Positions 28,809 through 37,353 of a stretch of 64,000 nucleotides of DNA are shown here, piece after piece. The notes under the pieces are model-generated. The model was not told the origin of the DNA and made no database searches. It was given only the letters and a program-made list of their open reading frames with translations. The stretch lies in contig JANRJK010000039.1 in NCBI GenBank assembly GCA_033764015.1, positions 25,187-89,186 on the forward strand, written 5' to 3'. Source of the DNA: Candidatus Sumerlaeia bacterium. Lineage in GTDB: Bacteria > Sumerlaeota > Sumerlaeia > SLMS01 > JANRJK01. Numbering within the stretch: position 1 is the first letter of the stretch; every line of letters begins with the position of its first letter. The position numbers were made by a program, and so were the translations under genes.

Positions 28809-30353
28809 TTGAAGCGAGCCCTCACCGCACCCGACCGCCTCGACACGCCCGGGCGCGAGACCGCCAAGTACGAAGCCCGCCTCGCCGACTGGCGCATGGG
28901 CCACACTGTCTACCAGATCTACGTGGACCGCTTCGCGCCCTCCCAGCGCCTCGATGGCAAGCGCCACCACTACGCCTCGCCGAAGCTACTCCGCGACTGG
29001 TCCCAGCAGCCCTCCCGCGGAAACTACCTCGCCGACGTCCACAACAACGAAGGCGAGATCGAGTTCTGGGGCGGCGACTTCGATTCGGTCCGCGGTAAGG
29101 TTGACTATCTCAAGCAACTCGGCGTCGAGGTGGTCTACTTCAACCCCGTCTTCGAGGCCTTCACGAACCACAAGTACGACGGCTACGACTACTTCAGGAT
29201 CGATCCGCAGTTCGGAACGAAGGAGGAGTTGAAGGAACTGGTCGAGGAGCTGCACGCGAACGGCATCCGCGTGCTGCTCGACGGCGTCTTCAACCACCTC
29301 GGGCGCCGCTCGCCCCACTTCCTGGAAGCCAAGGCGGACCCTTCCAGCCCGAAGCGCTCCTGGTTCTTCTTCGGCGACGAGTACCGCAACGGCTACCGCG
29401 CCTGGCGCAACGGCGCGAACCTGCCGGAGCTGAACCTCGAGAACCCCGAGGTGCGCCGCATGGCGATCGAGGGGCCGGACTCCGCGGTGCAGCATTACAT
29501 CCGCGACATCGGCATCGACGGCTGGCGAATCGACGTGGGGCCGGACGTCGGCTACCGCTGGTTGCGGGCCGTGACCGACAACTCGCACGAGGCGCGCCCC
29601 GACACGGTGGTGATCGGCGAGTGCTGGAACTACCCGGAGGAGTGGTTGCATGTGATGGACGGCGTGATGAACATGCACGCCCGCATGCTGCTCCTGAAGG
29701 GCATCGGCGGCGAAATGCCCGCCCGCGCCCTCGCCCGCGCGCTCGACCGGATGGCCGCCGACTGCGACGAGGACGGCCTCCTCCGCAGCCACCTCGTGCT
29801 CGACAACCACGACACTCCGCGGCTCCGCCACTTCCTCAAGAGCCACGTGCAGCGCGCGCTCGCGCGCACGCTCCAGTTCACGCTTCCGGGGTGCCCCGTC
29901 GTCTACTACGGCTCCGAGGCCGACATGGACGGCGGCCACGATCCAGGCAGCCGCGGCCCCATGGACTGGGACGCGGCCAACGACACCAACCCGCACTTCC
30001 GTCTGGTCAAGCAGCTCGCCGAGCTGCGCCGCGAGCACCCGGCCCTGCGGGTCGGCTCGTTCCGCGTCCTCGAGGCGGAGAAGCTGCTGGCCTTCATCCG
30101 CACCACGGACCGCGCCCGCGAGACCATCCTCGTGCTCGCAAACCCCTCGCGGGAGTGGGTGCGCGAACTGGTGCCGATCCGCGACTCGCGCCTCATGGAC
30201 GCCTCCGCGCTCCGGTGCCTGCTGAGCGGCGAACGAGTGCACCTTCAGTGCGGCACCATCGAGACCACCGTGCCGCCGCACTCGGCGCGCGTGTACCGCA
30301 CGGAGGACCTCGGCGACCGCCCCGGCTACTCGATGTTCAAGCGCGTCCCGTAG
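28809..30353 (+). CDS. GH13 alpha-amylase family glycosidase (cyclomaltodextrinase/neopullulanase-like), no signal peptide
   Basis: YQIYVDRF, NHKYD, LDGVFNH, catalytic DGWRIDVG / IGECW / LDNHD, PGCPVVYYGSE. TTG start inferred. Confidence 0.9.
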   Translation: MKRALTAPDRLDTPGRETAKYEARLADWRMGHTVYQIYVDRFAPSQRLDGKRHHYASPKLLRDWSQQPSRGNYLADVHNNEGEIEFWGGDFDSVRGKVDYLKQLGVEVVYFNPVFEAFTNHKYDGYDYFRIDPQFGTKEELKELVEELHANGIRVLLDGVFNHLGRRSPHFLEAKADPSSPKRSWFFFGDEYRNGYRAWRNGANLPELNLENPEVRRMAIEGPDSAVQHYIRDIGIDGWRIDVGPDVGYRWLRAVTDNSHEARPDTVVIGECWNYPEEWLHVMDGVMNMHARMLLLKGIGGEMPARALARALDRMAADCDEDGLLRSHLVLDNHDTPRLRHFLKSHVQRALARTLQFTLPGCPVVYYGSEADMDGGHDPGSRGPMDWDAANDTNPHFRLVKQLAELRREHPALRVGSFRVLEAEKLLAFIRTTDRARETILVLANPSREWVRELVPIRDSRLMDASALRCLLSGERVHLQCGTIETTVPPHSARVYRTEDLGDRPGYSMFKRVP

Positions 30354-30359
30354 CGGCGC

Positions 30360-31406
30360 CTACTTCGCGCGGAACGCTTCCTTGAGCGACCGCTTGTAGG
30401 GGGGGCGCAACACGCCCGCCTCGGTCACGATCGCCGAAACGTACTTCGCCGGCGTGACGTCGAAGGCGGGGGAGAAAACGCGCACCCCCTTCGGCGCCAC
30501 GCGCGTGCCGCCGAAGCTGGTGACCTCCTCCGCGCCGCGCTCCTCCACGGGGATTCCGGATCCGTCCCCCGTCGAGAGGTCCACGGTGCTAAGCGGCGCG
30601 GCGACGTAGAGCGGCACCTTGAAGTGCGCGGCCAGGATCGCCAGCGGCATCGTGCCCACTTTGTTCGCCGTGTCGCCGTTCGCCGCGATCCGGTCCGCGC
30701 CGACCACGACCGCCTGCACGCGCCCCTGCGAGAGCACCGTCGCCGCCATCGAGTCGGTGATGAGCACCGTGTCGATGCCCGCCTGCGCCAGCTCCCAAGC
30801 GGTGAGGCGCGCGCCCTGCAGGAGCGGACGCGTCTCGTCCGCGTACACCGTGAAGCGGCGCTTCTTCGCGGCCTCGTAGATCAGTGCCAGTGCGGTGCCC
30901 ATGCCGCCGGTGGCGAGCGCGCCCGCGTTGCAGTGCGTGAGCACGCCGTCCACTCCGTCGAGCAGCGGCGCTCCGTGGCGGCCGATCGCGGCGCAGGTGG
31001 CCCGGTCCGACTCGTGGATCGCAAGCGCCTCCGCCAGCGTGGCGGCGAGCACCTCCTCCGCCGTCGCCGCGTCCGGCAGCCCCCGCACCATCGCGCGGCA
31101 GCGGTCCAGCGCCCAGAACAGGTTCACCGCCGTCGGCCGCGAGGTGGCGAGGTAGTCCGCCGCGCGGAGAGCGACCCGCACCGCCTGCGCCCCGCTCCCG
31201 GGCTTCGCCGCCCGGACGGCGAGGAACACGCCGTAGCCCGCCGCGACTCCGATCGCCGGCGCGCCGCGGACGCGCAGCTTCTTGATCGCCTCCCACATCG
31301 CCTTCTCGTCCTTGATGGCGAGGAAGCGCGTCTTCCCCGGCAGCAGCGTCTGGTCGATGATGCGCACGTCGCGCCCGGTCCACTCGATCGTTTCGACAGG
31401 AGGCAT
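30360..31406 (-). CDS. mtnA: S-methyl-5-thioribose-1-phosphate isomerase
   Basis: IDQTLLP, RGAPAIG, SRPTAVNL, THCNAGALAT, DETRP, GADRIAANGDTANKVGT, PAFDVTP. Confidence 0.96.
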   Translation of the reverse strand: MPPVETIEWTGRDVRIIDQTLLPGKTRFLAIKDEKAMWEAIKKLRVRGAPAIGVAAGYGVFLAVRAAKPGSGAQAVRVALRAADYLATSRPTAVNLFWALDRCRAMVRGLPDAATAEEVLAATLAEALAIHESDRATCAAIGRHGAPLLDGVDGVLTHCNAGALATGGMGTALALIYEAAKKRRFTVYADETRPLLQGARLTAWELAQAGIDTVLITDSMAATVLSQGRVQAVVVGADRIAANGDTANKVGTMPLAILAAHFKVPLYVAAPLSTVDLSTGDGSGIPVEERGAEEVTSFGGTRVAPKGVRVFSPAFDVTPAKYVSAIVTEAGVLRPPYKRSLKEAFRAK

Positions 31407-31428
31407 GTCGCCTGCTCCTAGCGGATGA

Positions 31429-31441
31429 TTGACTTAGTCAA
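31429..31441. promoter_or_regulatory. Perfect AT-rich palindrome upstream of mtnA, candidate operator
   Basis: TTGACT-t-AGTCAA in the 42-bp gap between the large secreted gene and mtnA. Confidence 0.4.
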
Positions 31442-31448
31442 GAGAGCA

Positions 31449-34400
31449 CTACTCGAGGCGCCAACCGGTCGGGGCGAGCGCCGCGCGGACCACCTCCGAC
31501 GCGTCGACCACAAGCGCACGCCCGTCCTGCAGGCCGGCGACGAGCGTGCCGTCCGAAGCGGCCAGCGCTCGGATGTAGCGGAAGCCGTTCGCCGCCGGCG
31601 GCGGCTCCCAGCAACCCACGTGGCGGACCGTCCCCGATGGGGGCACGTGGTAGAAGTGCACCGCGTAGACGCCGTCCGCGACCGCGAGCACCTCCGGCGC
31701 CAACCACGCGACCGCCGACGCGTCGACCAGTTCCTCCGCCAGCGGGGCATAGTCCAGGGGCCGGCCATCCTCCGCAAGGTCCACCACCACCGCGCCACGG
31801 TTGCGCCGCGCGAAGGCGAGACGCCGCGAGCCCGGCTCGATGTCGCCCCAAGCCTTGAGTCGCGGAATCTCGAGGCGCTCGTGGTCTTCCTGCGACAGCG
31901 AATCCGCGGGAACGTAGTCGAGCCCGAAGTCCTCCACCGCGACCAGCACCGCGCCGTCGGCGAACGGGCCGAATACGTCCTGGAAGGTGCCCTCCGGCGC
32001 GAGGTACGCGGCCTCGCGCGCGAAGCCCTCCGGGCCGAGCGACAGCCGCCGCAGGCCGAGCTCGCGCGTCGTCACCCACCAGCGTTCGCCGTCCGCGAGC
32101 GCGTCCAACGCGCCTCCGGTGAAGGCGTAGAACTCCGCCGTGGGGGCGGACTCGAACTCGGCGGGGGAGTGGAATCGCAGGCCCGTCATGGTGCTGGTGC
32201 CGACGATGCCGCCGTTGGCGAAGAACCACTGCGAGGCGGCGTATCTGGTCGGCCCGGTGAACTGCCGCACGGCGCCGCCGTCCAGCAGCTCGAACACGCG
32301 CGGTGGAATCTGGTCCAGGTCGGTCAGCGCGCTCACCGCGACCAGCCGCCGCGCTGTATCGTACTCGATACGTTCGGGCCAAGTCGGCGATCCGAACGGC
32401 GCGCGCACGGGGACTGTGTGGGTGACTGGAAGGTCGAATTCGCACGGCTGGGCGCCCGCGTCCGTCTCGACCGACTCGACCGCAAGCAGGCCGCCTTCGC
32501 CGAAGTCCACGAGCGCGAATTCGCCGGGCGGCAACTCGATCCGCCAACGCCCTCCCCCGAGCCCGCTAGCTACCCGCCCGCCGACCAGGTCGCGCGGGGG
32601 CGCGAACCAATCGCTATCCGCGGTGAACTCCACCGCGACGCTCCGGTCGCCATCCGCGTTGACGAACCACGCGTAACTCCCGTCGGCGTCGGACGTGCGC
32701 GAGGCGATCAGCGGGCGCGGGACACCCGCCACTCGCGTTGGGAGGGCCAGCGACTGCAGTAACGGACCGAGCCGGTCCGTCATCTTATGGAACTCGACGA
32801 AGGGCGCCGCGACGGAGGTCCGCTCGAGGTCGAAGTCGCGGATCCCCTCGCGCCCGAAGATCGACGTCCACGTGAACGACAGCGTTCCCTTGATCCCCGC
32901 CGCGAGCCCCGCGCCGAGGTGCGCCCGGATCGCGGAGGGCTTCACCGCGCGGATGTGCTGCTGCTCCAGGGAGACGAAAGCCTGCGGCGTGAGCCAGAGG
33001 TCCTTGCCCGCCGCCGCGGCGGCCGCCGCGTAGCCCTCCAACTCGTCCTGGAAATCGAACAGGATGTCCGGGTCCGGCATCTGGATTCCGCTGTCGTACG
33101 GGTAGAGGTCGACGATGTGGACGGGCGAGTCGATGAGCGACAAATCCGCCGCGTCGATGTAGGCGGGCGCGTGGATGGCGAACGCGTTCTTGAGCACTGG
33201 GTCCTGCGCGGCCGCGAGCTGCACCCGCCGCAGACGCCGGAACGCCCGGTCCCCGAAAGGCTCGTCCACCGCGTAAATGCCCATGAAGTGGGGCGAGCCC
33301 GAGACCGGGGCCGCGAGCGCGCGCGCCTCCGACGTGTACCACTCGGACGAAAACGAGTCGTCGTAGAGCCGGTTCGAGAACAACCGGGTGATGTCGTCCA
33401 TGGATAGCAGGAACGGGAACGACTCCGCGTCGACGGCTTCGCGCACTTCGGCGAGCTGGTCCGCGCGCACGATCAGCATCCCGAAGTCGAAGCCGTCCTC
33501 CTTCGCCGCGCGGATCGCCCGCGTGATGTAGCCGGGCTCGTCGGTGGCGAGGAACCACATGAACGCGCCGTTCGGGAAGTCTCCGAGCCGGAACGGCGGG
33601 GGAGCGGCGGTCCCCGCGGGCGCCTCGACGATGGCGACGGGGGCTTCCAGCGTGAACGGATCGAAGCCGGTCCCTTCGAGCCGCGCGCGGATCGTCCAGC
33701 TCCCGGCGCCGGGGGCCTCCGCCACGGGCAGGCGCGCCCGCAGTGTGGTTCCGAGCGCCTCCGCGGCGAGCGGCCTCGCTACGCCGCGCGCCGCGTCGAC
33801 CAGCTCGAGCGTCCCCGTCGTCAGGAGGCCGGGTAGCGCCGCGGTCACCACCAGGTCGTCGTCCGGGCTCGTGCTGCCGACGGTCCACTCGGAGGGCTCG
33901 ACCAGCAGGAATCCGCGCGCGAGCGCCTCAATCTCCGCCGCGCCGGAGAGCGCCTCGATCCGCAGCTCCGAAAGTCCCGAGACATTCCGCGGCGTCGGGT
34001 CGAAGGCGAGTACCCGCTGGGTCGGGACACCTCCCCCGGGGATCGTCGCCGTTGCGGAGCGCGGCGCATCGGCGTCCGCGCTCGATCGCCGCAGCGGCGT
34101 CGCCGTTGCGACTATCTCCGAACCATCCGCGGAGGTCGCGCGGAGGAGGGTGAAGTAGCGCTCGAACAGCCGCCCCTGCACCACGGTCGCCGTCGCGGAC
34201 GAACCCGCCGCGAGCTCGAGCCTGCCGCCTTCCAACGCGGCACCGCCCGCGAGCGCCCAGCGCTCCCCGTCGAATGGCGGCGCGCCCTCGCGCAGCAACT
34301 CGAGGTTGTCGTATCGGACGAACGTGCGCGAGTAGCGCGACGCGGGGAAGAGCTGCGCCGTCGAGGATCCCTCGGGCATCCGGTGCAAAGTCCAGAAGTC

Positions 34401-34889
34401 GCCCCAGCCGCCTGTTTCCGTGCGCATGATGACCGATGCGTCGAACGTCGGCCAGTCGATGAACTGCAGGAGCGGGGAGTAGTGCTCGAAGTGGATCCGC
34501 ACCGTCTCGAAGTCGAATTCGCTCCATGCCTTGCCGCGCACCACGGCGTGCTGGAAGGGATCCGCCGGCGTCACCAGGTCCTGGTACCAGCCATGGAGGC
34601 GCTGCGAGCGGATCGAATTCGAGCCCTCGAAGGCGGTGGCCGGGTCGGTGTCGAACACCGCGAGGCGGAACTGGCTCCAGCCCGCAGGCAGCCCCGCCGT
34701 CGTCAGCGCCTCGAAGCCCGGGTTGACGATTTCGGGATTCGCGAGGAACCGCGGCTTCGGCATCGGATTGTTGCGCAGCGCGGCCACCGTGGAGCGCAAC
34801 CGGTCCCACCCCTCCTCTCCGGCCGGAGGCTCCTGCGCCGGAACGGAGCCCGCGAGCAGCGCCGCGCACAGCTGCAGCGCGCGCCTCAC
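31449..34889 (-). CDS. Large (~1146 aa) secreted multidomain protein: CBM-like beta-sandwiches, putative glycoside-hydrolase-like barrel, C-terminal beta-propeller
   Basis: GTG start overlaps the nth stop (GTGA). Signal peptide VRRALQLCAALLAGSVPA-Q. NPGFE..PAGW (CBM-like), GIYAVDEP / DLYPY / WLTPQAF core. Ends APTGWRLE. Confidence 0.7.
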   Translation of the reverse strand: MRRALQLCAALLAGSVPAQEPPAGEEGWDRLRSTVAALRNNPMPKPRFLANPEIVNPGFEALTTAGLPAGWSQFRLAVFDTDPATAFEGSNSIRSQRLHGWYQDLVTPADPFQHAVVRGKAWSEFDFETVRIHFEHYSPLLQFIDWPTFDASVIMRTETGGWGDFWTLHRMPEGSSTAQLFPASRYSRTFVRYDNLELLREGAPPFDGERWALAGGAALEGGRLELAAGSSATATVVQGRLFERYFTLLRATSADGSEIVATATPLRRSSADADAPRSATATIPGGGVPTQRVLAFDPTPRNVSGLSELRIEALSGAAEIEALARGFLLVEPSEWTVGSTSPDDDLVVTAALPGLLTTGTLELVDAARGVARPLAAEALGTTLRARLPVAEAPGAGSWTIRARLEGTGFDPFTLEAPVAIVEAPAGTAAPPPFRLGDFPNGAFMWFLATDEPGYITRAIRAAKEDGFDFGMLIVRADQLAEVREAVDAESFPFLLSMDDITRLFSNRLYDDSFSSEWYTSEARALAAPVSGSPHFMGIYAVDEPFGDRAFRRLRRVQLAAAQDPVLKNAFAIHAPAYIDAADLSLIDSPVHIVDLYPYDSGIQMPDPDILFDFQDELEGYAAAAAAAGKDLWLTPQAFVSLEQQHIRAVKPSAIRAHLGAGLAAGIKGTLSFTWTSIFGREGIRDFDLERTSVAAPFVEFHKMTDRLGPLLQSLALPTRVAGVPRPLIASRTSDADGSYAWFVNADGDRSVAVEFTADSDWFAPPRDLVGGRVASGLGGGRWRIELPPGEFALVDFGEGGLLAVESVETDAGAQPCEFDLPVTHTVPVRAPFGSPTWPERIEYDTARRLVAVSALTDLDQIPPRVFELLDGGAVRQFTGPTRYAASQWFFANGGIVGTSTMTGLRFHSPAEFESAPTAEFYAFTGGALDALADGERWWVTTRELGLRRLSLGPEGFAREAAYLAPEGTFQDVFGPFADGAVLVAVEDFGLDYVPADSLSQEDHERLEIPRLKAWGDIEPGSRRLAFARRNRGAVVVDLAEDGRPLDYAPLAEELVDASAVAWLAPEVLAVADGVYAVHFYHVPPSGTVRHVGCWEPPPAANGFRYIRALAASDGTLVAGLQDGRALVVDASEVVRAALAPTGWRLE

Positions 34890-35614
34890 GCGGATTCCCT
34901 CGATGGGCAGAGCCCGCCCAGCGGGCACTCGCCGCAGGCGGGCTTCCGCGCCTTGCACGTCCTGCGCCCGTGGAGGATCACCGCGTGGCTGAAATGCGAG
35001 TAGCGCTCCGGCGCGAGCAGCGCCGCCACGTCGAACTCGATCTTCTCCGGATCGTCCTCCTTCGTCAGGCCGAGGCGGTGCGAGATGCGTGTGAAGTGCG
35101 TGTCCACCGTGATCGCCGGCATCCCGAAGGCGTTCGCGCGCACCACGTTCGCCGTTTTGCGGGCGACGCCGCGTAGCGTCAGCAGCTCCTCCATCGCGGC
35201 GGGCACGCGGCCGCCGAAGCGCTCCTCGACGCCGCGCGCCATCTCGCGGATCGCCTTCGCCTTGTTGTTGAAGAAGCCTGTGCTGTGGATCGCCTCCTCC
35301 AACTCCCCCGGAGGCGACTCCGCGAAAGCGCGCGGCGACGGGTATCTCTTGAAAAGGCCGGGCGTGACCATGTTCACGCGCTCGTCGGTGCACTGCGCGG
35401 AGAGGATCGTCGCGACCACCAGCTCGAAGGCGTTCGAGTAGTGCAGCGCGCAGGTGGCGTCGGGGAACTCGCGGAGCAGGACATCCGCCACGGCGCCGGC
35501 GCGCTCCACCAGCGGCCTGCGCGGCTTGCGCTCGGCGATGGCCCCGCGCAGCCGCGCGTCCAGCTCCGGCCAGCGGGGCGACGAGGCCTGCGGGGGAGCC
35601 TTACGCGCCGGCAC
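34886..35614 (-). CDS. nth: Endonuclease III
   Basis: ATILSAQCTDERVN, HhH motif LLTLRGVARKTANVV, VDTH, 4Fe-4S motif CKARKPACGECPLGGLCPS. Confidence 0.95.
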   Translation of the reverse strand: MPARKAPPQASSPRWPELDARLRGAIAERKPRRPLVERAGAVADVLLREFPDATCALHYSNAFELVVATILSAQCTDERVNMVTPGLFKRYPSPRAFAESPPGELEEAIHSTGFFNNKAKAIREMARGVEERFGGRVPAAMEELLTLRGVARKTANVVRANAFGMPAITVDTHFTRISHRLGLTKEDDPEKIEFDVAALLAPERYSHFSHAVILHGRRTCKARKPACGECPLGGLCPSRESA

Positions 35615-37349
35615 GGGCCGCCCTCCGGGCTCGCGCGAACGAGAGGAAGCCTTCCGCGGAGAGGCAGTTCAGGCAGCGCTCGCGCGTCAGCCACCCCTTC
35701 CGGCCCTGCGCGATGGCGAAGTTGACGTTCTCGAGCCCCGCCACTGTGTGCGCGTCCGCCGTCACCGCGATCCACACGCCCTCGTCGAGCGCGAACTTCA
35801 CCAGCGTCCAGTCCAGCTCGAGCCGGTGCGGATCGCCGTTGATCTCGATCGCGACGCCTTCGCGCGCGCAGGCGCGGATCACCTCGCGCTCGTCGCACTT
35901 GATCCCGTCGCGCTTCAGGAGCAGGCGCCCCGTCATGTGCCCCACCACGGTCAGGAACGGATTCGCGGCCGCCGCGACGAGGCGCGCCGTCTGCTCCTCC
36001 GGCGAGAGCTGGAAGTGCTGGTGGATCGAGCCCACGATGAAGTCGAAGCGCGCGAGCGTCTCCTCGTCGTAGTCGAGGCGCCCGTCCGCGAGGATGTCGC
36101 TCTCGATGCCCTTCAGCAGCCGCACGCCGCGACCCTCCCCGTTGATGCGGTCGATCTCCGCGTGCTGGGCGGCGACGCGGTCGGGCTTCAGGCCGCCGGC
36201 GTAGAAGGCCGTCTGCGAATGGTCCGTGATGCCCATCCACTCGACCCCCGCGGCGCGCGCCCACGTGGCGTAGTCCTCCAGCTTCGGCGCGCCGTCGCTC
36301 CAGTTCGTGTGCATGTGGAGCATCCCGCGCACGTCGCCCCGTTCGAGCAGGCGGGGAAAGTCCGCCGCCGCCGCGTGCTCGATCTCGCCGCGGTCCTCGC
36401 GCAGCTCCGGCGGGACGAAGCGGAGGCCGAGGTGGGCGAAGACCGCCGCCTCGTCCGCCGCGGGAAGCGGCGCAGACCCGTCCTCCGGGTGCAGGCCGTA
36501 CTCGTTCATGCGCAGGCCGCGGTCCTTCGCCAGCCGGCGCATCGCCGTGTTGTGCTCCTTGCTGCCCGTGAAGTGGTGCAGCGCGTAGGGGAACTGCGCG
36601 GGGGGGACGCAGCGCAGGTCCGCCTGGAGTCCCGACTCGAGGACGATGGAGGACTTCGCCTCGCCGTGCCCGAGCACGCGCTGCCGGTCCGGATAGTTGA
36701 CAAAGGCAAGCATCACCGCGGCGGGGTCTTCCGTCTCCGCGACGAAGTCGAGGTCCTTGACCGTTTCGCGCCAGCGCCGCAGCGAACCGGCCACCTCCGC
36801 GCGCGAGACCGCCTTGAGCCCGCGCAGGTAGCGCAGCACCGGATTCGCCGCGGCCCAGGCGCGGTCGAGCCGGACGCGCCCGTGGTTGGCGCGGAGCTGC
36901 GCGATCGAAAGCAGGAGGTTCTCCACGGTCTTCTTGCCGAAGCCCCGCAGCTCCGCGAGCCGCCCGTCCTTCGCCGCCTCCTCCAGGCCGTCCAGCGTCG
37001 TCACGCCGAGCTCCTGCCAAACCGACCGGATCTTCTTCGGGCCGAAGCCGTTGATCTTCGACAGTTCGACGAGCGTCGCGGGAACGCGCAGCCGCAGCTC
37101 GTCCAATTCGGCGATGGCGCCGGTGCGCAGGTACTCGTCGATCTTCTCGGCCAACCCCTTGCCGACGCCGTCGATCTCCGTCAGGCGCCCCTCCGCGGCG
37201 AGCGCGCGCAAGTCGCCTTCGAACTCCGCCACGGCGCGCGAGCCCTTCTCGTGGGCGGCCACCTTGAAGGAGTTCGCGCCGTCGAGCTCCAGCAGCGCGG
37301 CCATCTCGCCGAGCCTCTTCGCCAGCATCAACACGTTCGCGTCCGCCAC
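35601..37349 (-). CDS. polX: DNA polymerase X / PHP-domain 3'-5' exonuclease PolX
   Basis: HhH motifs, GSLRR..ETVKDLD and QADLR (catalytic Asp triad intact), HFTGSKEHN, PHP motifs HMHT..SDG, TDHS, GIESDI, ADAH. Confidence 0.93.
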   Translation of the reverse strand: MADANVLMLAKRLGEMAALLELDGANSFKVAAHEKGSRAVAEFEGDLRALAAEGRLTEIDGVGKGLAEKIDEYLRTGAIAELDELRLRVPATLVELSKINGFGPKKIRSVWQELGVTTLDGLEEAAKDGRLAELRGFGKKTVENLLLSIAQLRANHGRVRLDRAWAAANPVLRYLRGLKAVSRAEVAGSLRRWRETVKDLDFVAETEDPAAVMLAFVNYPDRQRVLGHGEAKSSIVLESGLQADLRCVPPAQFPYALHHFTGSKEHNTAMRRLAKDRGLRMNEYGLHPEDGSAPLPAADEAAVFAHLGLRFVPPELREDRGEIEHAAAADFPRLLERGDVRGMLHMHTNWSDGAPKLEDYATWARAAGVEWMGITDHSQTAFYAGGLKPDRVAAQHAEIDRINGEGRGVRLLKGIESDILADGRLDYDEETLARFDFIVGSIHQHFQLSPEEQTARLVAAAANPFLTVVGHMTGRLLLKRDGIKCDEREVIRACAREGVAIEINGDPHRLELDWTLVKFALDEGVWIAVTADAHTVAGLENVNFAIAQGRKGWLTRERCLNCLSAEGFLSFARARRAARAGA

Positions 37350-37353
37350 CGCC

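Noticed and set aside
34890-35393. N-terminal extension of the 1314-aa ORF, or a possible nth frameshift fusion
   Set aside because: It is an alternate frame over the intact nth. A signal peptide starts at GTG 34889, overlapping the nth stop.
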